From Thermoproteota archaeon (GTDB taxonomy: Archaea > Thermoproteota > Thermoprotei > Gearchaeales > Gearchaeaceae), in contig JAVVGF010000002.1 of NCBI GenBank assembly GCA_032249235.1, positions 32,001-96,000 on the forward strand: a stretch of DNA of 64,000 nt, given 5' to 3'. Positions within the stretch are counted from its first letter, which is position 1; every line of letters starts with the position of its first letter. The position numbers and the translations under genes were made by a program. This document shows, piece by piece, positions 48,839 through 58,105 of the stretch. The notes below the pieces were generated by a model that did no database searches, had not been told where the DNA came from, and saw only the letters and a list, made by a program, of their open reading frames with translations.

Positions 48839-49408
48839 TTATTCTATTTTTATTTTCTTTCCTTCTTTAGCCTCTCCTTTCTTCTTAAGAACTACTTCAA
48901 GAACGCCATTAGAATAAGTTGCTTTGGCGCTGTCAGGCTCAACATCTGCACCTAAAAGTACTTCTTTATAATATTTTCTTTTGCCCGTAGTACTAATTTT
49001 AAGCTTATTGCCGTCTACGACTTCAATGTTAATTTCCTCTTTGGAAGCCCCTGGAACTTCAGCAATAACTCTAATTTTATCTTGTTCTTCTATTACATCC
49101 ACAAGTGGTTCTCGCTCTTCCGTGACCTCAATAGGCTTAATCCCTCCACGAGGTCTTACATTTCCAAATTCTCTAATTATCGGTTTTCCATCAGGACCTA
49201 TAGTTATTGAATAACCATATACAAACGGTCCAAACTCTCTGATAGTTTTTGATCCTACTTTCTTTTCACGAACAAGATCTCTTGGAAAGAATTCGAAATC
49301 TCTTTCCATTTCTTTTAAAGCTTCTTCAAACCATTTTTCAATTTCCTTAAACAGATCATCAAAATATCTTCTTCTTCTCCACCAAAAAGGAAATTCTTCA
49401 TCAGACAT
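48839..49408 (-). CDS. archaeal small heat shock protein Hsp20
   Basis: GPFVYGYSITIGPDGKP.IREFGNV, EREPLVDV, A.Y.NGVLEV, C-terminal IxI motif. Confidence 0.95.
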   Translation of the reverse strand: MSDEEFPFWWRRRRYFDDLFKEIEKWFEEALKEMERDFEFFPRDLVREKKVGSKTIREFGPFVYGYSITIGPDGKPIIREFGNVRPRGGIKPIEVTEEREPLVDVIEEQDKIRVIAEVPGASKEEINIEVVDGNKLKISTTGKRKYYKEVLLGADVEPDSAKATYSNGVLEVVLKKKGEAKEGKKIKIE

Positions 49409-49457
49409 AATTTAAAAATAAGATCAACATTTATTTAAAAATTGCTGAATTTTTAAT

Positions 49458-50474
49458 TCATTTTTCAGCCAATAATTTTTCAAAATTCACTGGAGGCTTT
49501 CTATTAATTTTTAATTCGGAAATAGCTTGAGTGATTATAGGAAGAGCTATAGTAGCATCGCAATAACATGTAACCTTTTTTGCTTTTGCTGAAATCTTAC
49601 CCCAGCTAACTGCTTCTTCTAAAGTACATCCTGAAAGTCCTCCCCATTGCGGGCTATCAGTTGTTATTTGAATCGCATATTCATGAGGTTTGCTACGAGC
49701 ATTTATTCCAAATACAGGAGCTAAATAAGTAGATATTTGAACAAAATCTTTAGGCACACCGCCTCCAATATATAATACACCAGTTTTCTTGCTGTATGCT
49801 AAAATTTTTGTCAATTCCTCTAAATCAAGCGTTGCATCAATAGTTATCAATTTACCTTTTTTTCTTTTTAATCTAACAAGAGCTATACCGTAAGCACTAT
49901 CTGCTATTGCAGGTGAATAAATCGGTATTTTTTTTACATAAGAAGCATGCACAATGCTATGAATTCCCTTACCATCTAAATATCGACCAAATTCCCATAA
50001 AAAGGATCTTGATGAATAAATTTTCTTATCATCAATCGTATCAGCAAATTCTTCAATTAACCTCTCCATTCTTCTATAATCTTCTTCACTAGCATAGACA
50101 TCATAGAATCTGTCTATTTTATATTCATAAAGTTCAGCATCGTCAACAAAAGGAGAACCTTTCCAATATGAAGCCCCAATGCATTCATATATGTCTTCTG
50201 AAATATTCGCACCTGTTGAGACTAAAACGTCTATGTAGTTATTTAAAATTAACCATCTGACTATTTTCCACATTCCTGCAGTACTCATAGAACCTGCCAG
50301 ACCCATAATTATAGTCGTATCTTCATCTTGAAGCATTGTTTTATAAACTTCAAAAGCTTCTCCTAATTTCCTTCCTTGATATGCAGTGTCCTTGATTTCG
50401 TTCAAAAGTTCAGATATCTTTCTTTCTTTTATTTCGAGAGTTCTAACTTTTTCGATAAAATAAGGATTTTCCAT
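49458..50474 (-). CDS. dys: deoxyhypusine synthase
   Basis: STGAN, IGGGVPK, GGLSGCT..EAVSWGK, DATIALP. Confidence 0.92.
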   Translation of the reverse strand: MENPYFIEKVRTLEIKERKISELLNEIKDTAYQGRKLGEAFEVYKTMLQDEDTTIIMGLAGSMSTAGMWKIVRWLILNNYIDVLVSTGANISEDIYECIGASYWKGSPFVDDAELYEYKIDRFYDVYASEEDYRRMERLIEEFADTIDDKKIYSSRSFLWEFGRYLDGKGIHSIVHASYVKKIPIYSPAIADSAYGIALVRLKRKKGKLITIDATLDLEELTKILAYSKKTGVLYIGGGVPKDFVQISTYLAPVFGINARSKPHEYAIQITTDSPQWGGLSGCTLEEAVSWGKISAKAKKVTCYCDATIALPIITQAISELKINRKPPVNFEKLLAEK

Positions 50475-50504
50475 TGAGCTAATTTAAAGAGGTTAGATAA
50501 AAAA

Positions 50505-51167
50505 TTAGCTTATCCTTCTAATAGATTTATAAATTATATATGCTACGATCAGACTTATCGTTGCTTGAAGAGCGTTAAAAGGAGCTTCTAATATAGCAAC
50601 GTATTTCAAGATGAAAAATTCATAAAGATAGTATCCTACAACCATTTCGATTCCTCCTAGAATCATTGAATAAATTGCAATTAGCTCATCATTATTCTTC
50701 GCAATATTTCCTGAAATACCAGTAATAAAGAAAGCAATTCCAATTATCGAAAATGCAATCAAAGAATTTCTTTGATCGCTATCCAAACTAAAGTTAAACA
50801 GACCAAATACAGAGAAAGTTAACGCAGCTAATCCAATAATGATAACAAGTATGGAGAATAATTTTATTTTATTCCTAAAATTATAAAAAACTATACCAAC
50901 CAACAAACCTTCTATACCCTTTATGAAAAAAGTTCCAGGTGCAAAATGTGGAGAGCCTAATGCTATATCAGATAAACTTGAACCGATTGAACCTGCAATA
51001 AAGCCTACAAGAGGTCCGTAAAGTAAACCTGCAAGAAAAATTACTGCATCACCTACATTTAAATAGCCGCCAGGTACAGGAGTCTTTATAAAACTTCCAG
51101 TTACATATGTCACTACAAATGTTAATGCAGCAAATATTCCTGAAAGAGTTATCCTTTTTGTTTCCAT
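50505..51167 (-). CDS. ECF transporter S component
   Basis: GYLNVGD, G...GS.GS.LSD, PGTF.IKG.EG, PFNALQ. Confidence 0.85.
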   Translation of the reverse strand: METKRITLSGIFAALTFVVTYVTGSFIKTPVPGGYLNVGDAVIFLAGLLYGPLVGFIAGSIGSSLSDIALGSPHFAPGTFFIKGIEGLLVGIVFYNFRNKIKLFSILVIIIGLAALTFSVFGLFNFSLDSDQRNSLIAFSIIGIAFFITGISGNIAKNNDELIAIYSMILGGIEMVVGYYLYEFFILKYVAILEAPFNALQATISLIVAYIIYKSIRRIS

Positions 51168-51403
51168 CGAAATGAAATTTTTTGAGTTTAAAATATAAAG
51201 GTTTTCCTATATATTGGTAGATATCAATTTTACCACGCCTTAAGTTATTTTCAACCCTTGAGTAATGAGCTCATGCTAGACTTTAGAAAGGAATTTAATT
51301 AATAAATAACTCGATTATATAATTATTTGAAATTCCTTATCAATAAGAGAATTAGAATGTCTAAAAACAAAGTCACAAAGATTTAAATTAATAATCTAAG
51401 AAG

Positions 51404-52063
51404 ATGCTTATGGATTTGTCTGATTTATTTAGGAACTTTATCGAACAAATAATTGGTCTAGGTTATGTAGGAATTTTCCTAATCTCACTTATAGCGAGCT
51501 CAATTCCTTTTCTTCCATTACCTTATTTGATATTGGTGGTATTAACTGCGAGCCAATATGATTACTTAGATTTATTCATTTATTGCTTAATGGCTGGATT
51601 AGGAGGATCGATAGGAAAATTGACAACATATTATCTAGGAAGAACTACAAATCTTGCTTTAAGTGAGGAAAAAAAGAAACAGCTTGAATTCTTTAGGAAA
51701 ATAACTAGAAAATATGGCACAATCGGAGTTTTCATATTCGCCATAACTCCTTTACCAGATGATATTTTATATTTTCCTTTAGGTGTAGGAAAGTTTGATT
51801 TTAAAAGATTCTTCTTTGCCAATATGCTAGGTAAGATTTTACTTGTAATGATTGTAGGATTTCTATCAAAAACTTATTACAATATAGCTAAAGATATAGC
51901 TGGAGAAAGTTTAAATTTTCAAGTGACAATCATCGCAATAATTTTTGCAATAATCCTTACTATTTTGCTACTTAAAATAAATTGGTATAATACATACACA
52001 ATACTAGAAAAAGAAGGAGTGAAAGGCCTCGTAAAGAATTTTAGAAAAGTTTTTAAGCGCTAG
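51404..52063 (+). CDS. VTT/DedA (SNARE-associated) domain membrane protein
   Basis: PFLPLPY, G.G..IGK..TY.LGR, FA.TPLPDD. Confidence 0.87.
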   Translation: MLMDLSDLFRNFIEQIIGLGYVGIFLISLIASSIPFLPLPYLILVVLTASQYDYLDLFIYCLMAGLGGSIGKLTTYYLGRTTNLALSEEKKKQLEFFRKITRKYGTIGVFIFAITPLPDDILYFPLGVGKFDFKRFFFANMLGKILLVMIVGFLSKTYYNIAKDIAGESLNFQVTIIAIIFAIILTILLLKINWYNTYTILEKEGVKGLVKNFRKVFKR

Positions 52064-52140
52064 GGGTGGGATTCGAACCCACACGGGCGTTACGCCCACT
52101 GGTTTTCGAGACCAGCGCGTTACCACTCCGCCACCCTAGC
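52058..52140 (-). tRNA. tRNA-Ser(CGA), intron-less, CCA not encoded
   Basis: GCTAGGG/CCCTAGC acceptor stem, anticodon arm CTGGT-CT-CGA-AA-ACCAG, long variable arm GGGCG-TAA-CGCCC, T arm GTGGG-TTCGAAT-CCCAC, G discriminator. Confidence 0.97.
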
Positions 52141-52148
52141 ACCAGAAA

Positions 52149-52601
52149 TTATTTTGATAAAAGAGGTTTAAATTTTTGTAAGAAGACTTCAATAGTTACC
52201 ATTATTTTAGAATCCCTTTTAGAGATGATCCTTATAAAAGAACGATCAAAGTCTGCAGCTGCTTTATTTGCTTTAATAGCAAGCGTTCTATCATCGATAT
52301 AATCGCTTTTCCTCACCACAATACTCCTATTATTAGATAACAAAAGCTTGCTCGAACCATGTGCTAATACTTCTTCATGAATTCCTTGGCATTCAAGCGT
52401 AATCTTTACTAAGGATTCATCATTTTTTATTATCTTAACAACTTCTGCATCTAGATCTGAACAAGCTTTTTCTGATTTAATAGCTATTATGCAATCACCC
52501 CTTTCAGTTAAGTATTCATCCTTTGTTATTTCAAAAGTTTTCTTATGCGATGCTTTGATTAATTCATGACCCCAAGCTATGAATGAGGTCTTAGCATACA
52601 T
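52149..52601 (-). CDS. DUF371 family protein
   Basis: GH..IKA.H..TFEITKD.YLT.RGDCII, V.RKS.YIDDRT..I.A.KAA.D. Confidence 0.9.
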   Translation of the reverse strand: MYAKTSFIAWGHELIKASHKKTFEITKDEYLTERGDCIIAIKSEKACSDLDAEVVKIIKNDESLVKITLECQGIHEEVLAHGSSKLLLSNNRSIVVRKSDYIDDRTLAIKANKAAADFDRSFIRIISKRDSKIMVTIEVFLQKFKPLLSK

Positions 52602-52635
52602 TTAAAATTTATTAAATATTGAATTTAAAAAACAT

Positions 52636-53217
52636 GTGGAAAAATTCTATGTTATTACATGGAACCAGCTATATCGAGATGTAATAAAGTTATGCTCTTT
52701 AATAAAACAAGATAATTATAAGCCTGATATATTAGTAGCTTTAGCTAGAGGAGGATGGGTGATTGCAAGAATCGTTTCGGATATGCTTGAAATTGACCAA
52801 ATAACAGACATGCATGTCTCTTTTTATACAGACATTAATAGAACAAAAAAAGAACCAATAATCCTAGAGGATTTAGGTAAGGATGTTTCAGATAAAAGAG
52901 TTCTAGTTATTGATGATGTAAGCGATACAGGTGAATCGCTCATAAAAGTATTGGGATATCTTAAAGAGAAAAGACCATTGGAAATCAAAACTGCAACTGT
53001 TTACATAAAACCATGGACAAAATATGTTCCTCATTATTATGTCAAAGAATTTGATGGATGGATAATATATCCTTACGAAATAAAGGAAACAATAAAAAAG
53101 CTTTGGAATAGATGGATTAAAGAAGGAATGAAAGAAGAAGAAATAATAGAGAAACTGCAATCGATTAAGTTACCTAAATGGCAAATCAAATTAGTATTGA
53201 AAGATATCAAAAGTTGA
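52636..53217 (+). CDS. type I phosphoribosyltransferase (purine PRT-like)
   Basis: ARGG, VLVIDDVSDTGESL, KPW...P.YY, WI.YP.E. Confidence 0.9.
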   Translation: MEKFYVITWNQLYRDVIKLCSLIKQDNYKPDILVALARGGWVIARIVSDMLEIDQITDMHVSFYTDINRTKKEPIILEDLGKDVSDKRVLVIDDVSDTGESLIKVLGYLKEKRPLEIKTATVYIKPWTKYVPHYYVKEFDGWIIYPYEIKETIKKLWNRWIKEGMKEEEIIEKLQSIKLPKWQIKLVLKDIKS

Positions 53218-54514
53218 TTATTAAATCCTCAAAAGCCTTTTCAAATTTTTTAATGATTTCATCTTCATTTTCTTTCGCTAGCCTATAATCGAATACTGAG
53301 ATTTCTCCATTTACAATGACATATTTTGCTTTCATACCAGAGCATGAATATACAAGATGATTTATAATATGTTGCCCATCATCAGAAATGAGCGGTTTCA
53401 TTCGAATTTCATTTAAATCATATAAAGCAAGATCTGCTACGTAGCTTTTTTCGATCAAGCCAATCTTTATTTCAGGATAAAAGATTTTATATGCTTCATA
53501 AGTAGCAAGTCTGAAGATATCTTTTGAAGATAAAACTGAAGGATCTTTATGCATATACTTTTGTAACAAAGAAGAAAATTTCATCATTTCGAAAGGATCT
53601 AAAGAATTGTTACTTGCTGGGCCGTCGGTACCTAAACAACATCTAATACCTTCATTGATAAGACGTCTTAAATCAGCCGTTGAACCTGATGCTAGTTTGA
53701 GATTAGAAATTGTGTTTTGAACTATAGCTACTTTTCCTTTTTTCATCAACTCATATTCTTTTTCACTAAACCAATTACCATGAGCATAAACGCACCTTTC
53801 ATTACACAACCCTACTTTGTCTAACAATTCAACCTCTCTCATCCCATATCTTTCAATGCATTGATTTTGTTCTTCCATCGTCTCAGCAACATGTATTTGA
53901 ACTAAAGAATTATACTCTTGGGAATATTCAGCTATAATTTCTAGTAATTCTCTTGAACATGTATATGTAGCATGAGGCCCAAAACTAGATTTTATAAGTT
54001 TAGAATTTAATGAAATTAAGCGTTTATGCATATCCAAAGCTATTTTGGCTTTTTTATCTGTTTCACTTTTATCAAAGAAATCAAAAATTCCTTCGCATAA
54101 AACACCTCTAAAGTTCAATTCTATGAATGCCTTCGCTACATAGTCCATATTAAAATACATATCAGCACAACCTGAGAAACCGCTTTTCAACATTTCCATT
54201 GCAGAGAATTTTGCCCCAATATACATATGTTCAGCATTCAACCTTTTTTCTAAAGGCCACACCTTTTCTTCTAGCCATTTATGTAAAGGCAGATCCTCGG
54301 CAATACCTCGAAATAAGCTCATTGGAGAGTGTGTATGCCCATTGAAGAAACACGGAATTACGAGAAGATTCTTGCAATCTATACTTATACCGCTTGTAGA
54401 TAATCCTTCGCCTATTTCTTCAATCTTTCCTTCTCTAATCAAGATGTCTTTGTTTTTTCTTAGACACACGGCATCTAATATCAGCTTGCAATTTTTAAGG
54501 AGAATTTCTTCCAT
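53207..54514 (-). CDS. MTA/SAH deaminase-like amidohydrolase
   Basis: NGHTHSPM..FRG..ED..L..WL, DMYF, PHATYTC, HVAET, SNLKLASG, LGTDGPASNN. Confidence 0.87.
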   Translation of the reverse strand: MEEILLKNCKLILDAVCLRKNKDILIREGKIEEIGEGLSTSGISIDCKNLLVIPCFFNGHTHSPMSLFRGIAEDLPLHKWLEEKVWPLEKRLNAEHMYIGAKFSAMEMLKSGFSGCADMYFNMDYVAKAFIELNFRGVLCEGIFDFFDKSETDKKAKIALDMHKRLISLNSKLIKSSFGPHATYTCSRELLEIIAEYSQEYNSLVQIHVAETMEEQNQCIERYGMREVELLDKVGLCNERCVYAHGNWFSEKEYELMKKGKVAIVQNTISNLKLASGSTADLRRLINEGIRCCLGTDGPASNNSLDPFEMMKFSSLLQKYMHKDPSVLSSKDIFRLATYEAYKIFYPEIKIGLIEKSYVADLALYDLNEIRMKPLISDDGQHIINHLVYSCSGMKAKYVIVNGEISVFDYRLAKENEDEIIKKFEKAFEDLIINF

Positions 54515-54578
54515 ATTTCAAAAGATATTGAGTAATTAAAAAACTAAAGTAATATAAAAGTAATTCGATTAATTCTCG

Positions 54579-55871
54579 ATGAATCTAAATGAAATATATG
54601 CTACGTTGAAATTAATTAAAGAACATAACAGGTGGAGAAGAAAAGAATGTATTAACCTAATAGCTTCTGAGAATATAACATCGCCTCTTGTAGATGCTGT
54701 TTATCTAAGTGATGCAATGCATAGATATGCCGAAGGAACACCTTTCAAAAGATTTTATCAAGGAACGAAATTCATCGATGAAATTGAAGAAAAAACTAAT
54801 CAAGTACTAGGAGAATTGTTCAATGCCAAATTCGTTGATGTTAGACCTATATCTGGAACAACTGCTAACGGTGCTGCTTTTTATGCTTTAGCAAACAGAG
54901 GAGATAAAGCGCTTGTATTGCCTGTATATGCAGGATCACATGTAAGTCATACGAAATTTGGAATTTTAGGAGCATTAGGGATAATCGAGGAAGAAATGCC
55001 TTTCAATGGAGAAGACATGGTCATCGATGTTGAGAATACAAAAAAGAAGATAAGAGAAATAAAGCCTAAGATAGTCATACTCGGTGGTACAGTAATACTG
55101 TTCAGACATCCTGTTAAAGAATTAATAGAAGTAGTAGAAGAAAATGGAGGATACATAATCTATGATGCCGCTCATGTACTAGGACTAATCGCAGGTAATA
55201 GATTCCAAAATCCTGTTCTTGAAGGAGCACATCTAGTTACGAGTTCAACACATAAGACTTTTCCAGGTCCTCAAGGAGGTGTAGTTTTCTCAAATGATGA
55301 AGAAGTCTTTAAAAGATTTAAGAAAGTAATCTTTCCAGTATTTGTATCGAACCATCATTTGCATAGACTCGCAGCCACTTTAATCACAGCTTATGAAATG
55401 AAATATTTCGGCGAAGAATATGCATCGAACATAATAAAAAATGCAAAAACTTTAGCTGAAGAACTTCATGCTTATGGATTTAAAGTATTGGGTGAGAAAA
55501 ACGGTTTCACTGAAACTCATCAAGTAGTATTGAATGTAAAAGAATTTGGTGGAGGAACATATGTTGCTGAGTATCTAGAAAAATGCAATATTATAACCAA
55601 TAAGAACATGATACCTGGAGATACGCCAGAAATGGTCAGGAATCCATCTGGACTTAGATTAGGTGTTCAGGAAATGACAAGATTAGGAATGGGAGCTAGC
55701 GAAATGAAATATATTGCAGAATTGTTCTATAAAGCATTAATTAGAAAAACATCTATTGAAGAGATTAAACAAACTGTTTTAGAATTTAGAAAGAACTACC
55801 AAGAAGTAAAGTATGCATTCAATATAGATTTAAAGTCGTTTGCAGAAGAATATTTACCAATTCTAAGCTAA
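54579..55871 (+). CDS. glyA: serine hydroxymethyltransferase
   Basis: LIASEN, YAEG, YDAAH..GLIAG, STHKTFPGPQGG, PSGLRLG. Confidence 0.97.
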   Translation: MNLNEIYATLKLIKEHNRWRRKECINLIASENITSPLVDAVYLSDAMHRYAEGTPFKRFYQGTKFIDEIEEKTNQVLGELFNAKFVDVRPISGTTANGAAFYALANRGDKALVLPVYAGSHVSHTKFGILGALGIIEEEMPFNGEDMVIDVENTKKKIREIKPKIVILGGTVILFRHPVKELIEVVEENGGYIIYDAAHVLGLIAGNRFQNPVLEGAHLVTSSTHKTFPGPQGGVVFSNDEEVFKRFKKVIFPVFVSNHHLHRLAATLITAYEMKYFGEEYASNIIKNAKTLAEELHAYGFKVLGEKNGFTETHQVVLNVKEFGGGTYVAEYLEKCNIITNKNMIPGDTPEMVRNPSGLRLGVQEMTRLGMGASEMKYIAELFYKALIRKTSIEEIKQTVLEFRKNYQEVKYAFNIDLKSFAEEYLPILS

Positions 55872-56837
55872 AATTCGAAGATATTGGTCTTCAATTTCTC
55901 TAACACCATAAGCAAGCCTAAAATATTCATCATCTTTTTCTCTATATTTTTGAAGTATTGCCTTAATTTGAACCTTGTCTCCTTCTTCAAATGCATCCAA
56001 ATAATAATTCTCAAATATAACTAATTCTTTTATTTCATATTTTGTTTCATAAGGTTTAATTTTATATCTAAGTGGATAAAAATAAGGATCTAGTTTCTCA
56101 ATAATCTCGACTTTAGTTTCTATGATTCCTAGATTTTTTATCTTAACTTCATCATAACTTATTTTAACTTCATCAAATTTTAATACAGGATTAATAGAAA
56201 AATGTCTATTCTTATATATGCATTTATTCCATTTTCTTTTCGAAATTATACTATATGACTTTTTATCTAATCCTTTTATGATTTCTGAATCTTTTATTAA
56301 AAATTCCTTTCTTTCTTTTAGAAAATCTTTTATCTTTTCTACATTGTTTTTACCATAAACTACAATATCTATATCAGAATATATGACATTGTATATTCCT
56401 ACCAACAATGTTCCTGTCAAACCGAATTCGTATTTAGGTATGTTAGCATTATTAGAAAGTAAGTCTAAGATTTCGTATGCGCGTTTAGCCAACGAGTTCT
56501 CTCTTGTTAGATAGTCGAATCCTTTTGAAGTTAAAAATATTTTATCGATCTCTTTATGAGCTATCAAAGGAAGAATAGAATCCATATTGGTATCATATCT
56601 TAGATACTTTGAATAATATTTAGATAAGGTTCTTCGAAGTTCTGAGCTACTATATTCCTTTAAGGCCCTATCGTAATATGAATGATCCCTCCAAATTGTT
56701 GCATAATCGACTTTGACGTATCTAGGAATTGCTATTACATAATCTTTAGGATGCAAGTATCCTATAACTTGGGAAAAGATATTACCGCATTTTATAAAAT
56801 CTTTATCCCTTAATAAACCGTTCATAGATCCTAGCAT
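55863..56837 (-). CDS. pol-beta superfamily nucleotidyltransferase (COG1665-like)
   Basis: V.GY.HP, GLTGT.LVG....SDIDIVVYG, C-terminal OB-like region. Confidence 0.75.
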   Translation of the reverse strand: MLGSMNGLLRDKDFIKCGNIFSQVIGYLHPKDYVIAIPRYVKVDYATIWRDHSYYDRALKEYSSSELRRTLSKYYSKYLRYDTNMDSILPLIAHKEIDKIFLTSKGFDYLTRENSLAKRAYEILDLLSNNANIPKYEFGLTGTLLVGIYNVIYSDIDIVVYGKNNVEKIKDFLKERKEFLIKDSEIIKGLDKKSYSIISKRKWNKCIYKNRHFSINPVLKFDEVKISYDEVKIKNLGIIETKVEIIEKLDPYFYPLRYKIKPYETKYEIKELVIFENYYLDAFEEGDKVQIKAILQKYREKDDEYFRLAYGVREIEDQYLRILA

Positions 56838-57699
56838 TTAAATAATATGTGGCTGAATTCCAATCTCTATCATCTTTTTCTAACAAACCTCTTTCAAACA
56901 TATCTCTGCAAGATTCTTTAACATCCATAGATTTAACTCTAATTTTATCTAATAAAGCGATCCTTGAAACAAGAGAGCCTAGTGTTTGTGGCCCAAAAAT
57001 TGCCAAGTGCCTAAATATTGCAGCTTCTAAAGCATCGCCTAACTTTATCGCTTCAAATATATCAAAATCATAAATCTCTACTCGGAAGTCAATAGTTTCA
57101 TCGCTAGTAATTAAAAATAACAAGGCTTCTAAATTCGATTTAAATCCTCTATAAGTGAGAGGTAAATTTGAAAGATCAAAATTTATATGTGCTTTATTTT
57201 GCTCGATAACATAATCCATCTCTTTTTCAAAAATTATATTCGAATTATTATTTATATTCTCTTTAATTAAAAATTTTATAGTCTTTATGTTTTTATCTTT
57301 TATAGGTTTTATAGATACTCGCGTTTTGTTATTTCTTATTATTTTAATTATTTTATCTTTATTTATTTCAACTTCAAAATTTATTTTCAGAGGATACGAT
57401 ACAATTTTTATAGTTTTTTCAAAAACTTTTGTCTTTTTCTTATAAGCTTCGATAGTCCATTTTATAGAAGTATTCTTTCCCTCATAACTAGGTCTTGCAT
57501 TGAAAGGTATGTAAAACGTTAATTTCTTTCCTTTTTCCCATTTATACCATATGTCCAGTAAGGGATAAATTAAACCATTGCTTAAGGTTTCATATGAATG
57601 AATAGATATCAAATCGCAGCTAATATTAAAAACACTAAAAGCAGAATTATTAAAAGCGTAATTTAGATTCAAGAATTCTCCTTGTCCAAAAGTATGCAT
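56803..57699 (-). CDS. hypothetical protein, probable arrestin-like beta-sandwich x2 plus winged helix
   Basis: FYIPFNARPSYEGKNTSIKWTIEA and FDLSNLPLTYRG resemble the arrestin/Vps26/SpoOM LP.S(F/Y).G motif; helical C-terminus with L.ERGLLEK wing. Confidence 0.5.
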   Translation of the reverse strand: MHTFGQGEFLNLNYAFNNSAFSVFNISCDLISIHSYETLSNGLIYPLLDIWYKWEKGKKLTFYIPFNARPSYEGKNTSIKWTIEAYKKKTKVFEKTIKIVSYPLKINFEVEINKDKIIKIIRNNKTRVSIKPIKDKNIKTIKFLIKENINNNSNIIFEKEMDYVIEQNKAHINFDLSNLPLTYRGFKSNLEALLFLITSDETIDFRVEIYDFDIFEAIKLGDALEAAIFRHLAIFGPQTLGSLVSRIALLDKIRVKSMDVKESCRDMFERGLLEKDDRDWNSATYYLNARIYERFIKG

Positions 57700-57748
57700 T
57701 AAAATAAAGATGAAACACTGTTATATATTTCTTCTTTAATTATTTCTT

Positions 57749-58105
57749 ATGAGTGAAGCTCGAAGAAAAGCTTACATAAAAGATATAATCGAGCTAATAG
57801 ATGAGAATGAGAACTTAAATGTTAAGCTTTCTTTCTATTCAGATTTAACAGTCAATAATTTAATGAAGAAAGCATATAGTTTATGGGAGAATGGGGGTGG
57901 CAAAGGAATACCGCTCGATTATCTAAGCGATGAAGAACTTGAGGAATTACATATACGAGCGATACATTATTATCAAAACCCTATAGGATTTTCTTATACT
58001 GATATGGTGAAAGGAATTAATATAGAAGAAAGGAAGATCAATAAAGAAGGAATCGGGAGTAAATTTACTAAGGTTCTAAGAAGATTATTCTTTGCTTCTT
58101 CTTAA
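57749..58105 (+). CDS. hypothetical protein
   Basis: 118-aa ORF with host-like codon usage, divergent from the previous gene; basic amphipathic C-terminus. Confidence 0.65.
   Translation: MSEARRKAYIKDIIELIDENENLNVKLSFYSDLTVNNLMKKAYSLWENGGGKGIPLDYLSDEELEELHIRAIHYYQNPIGFSYTDMVKGINIEERKINKEGIGSKFTKVLRRLFFASS

Noticed and set aside
51168-51403. Riboswitch upstream of the ECF S component
   Set aside because: AT-rich, with no recognisable TPP, FMN or other aptamer core.
52066-52302. 78-aa ORF MGFEPTRALRPLVFETSALPLRHPS
   Set aside because: It is the antisense translation of tRNA-Ser plus the DUF371 gene, a classic spurious ORF.
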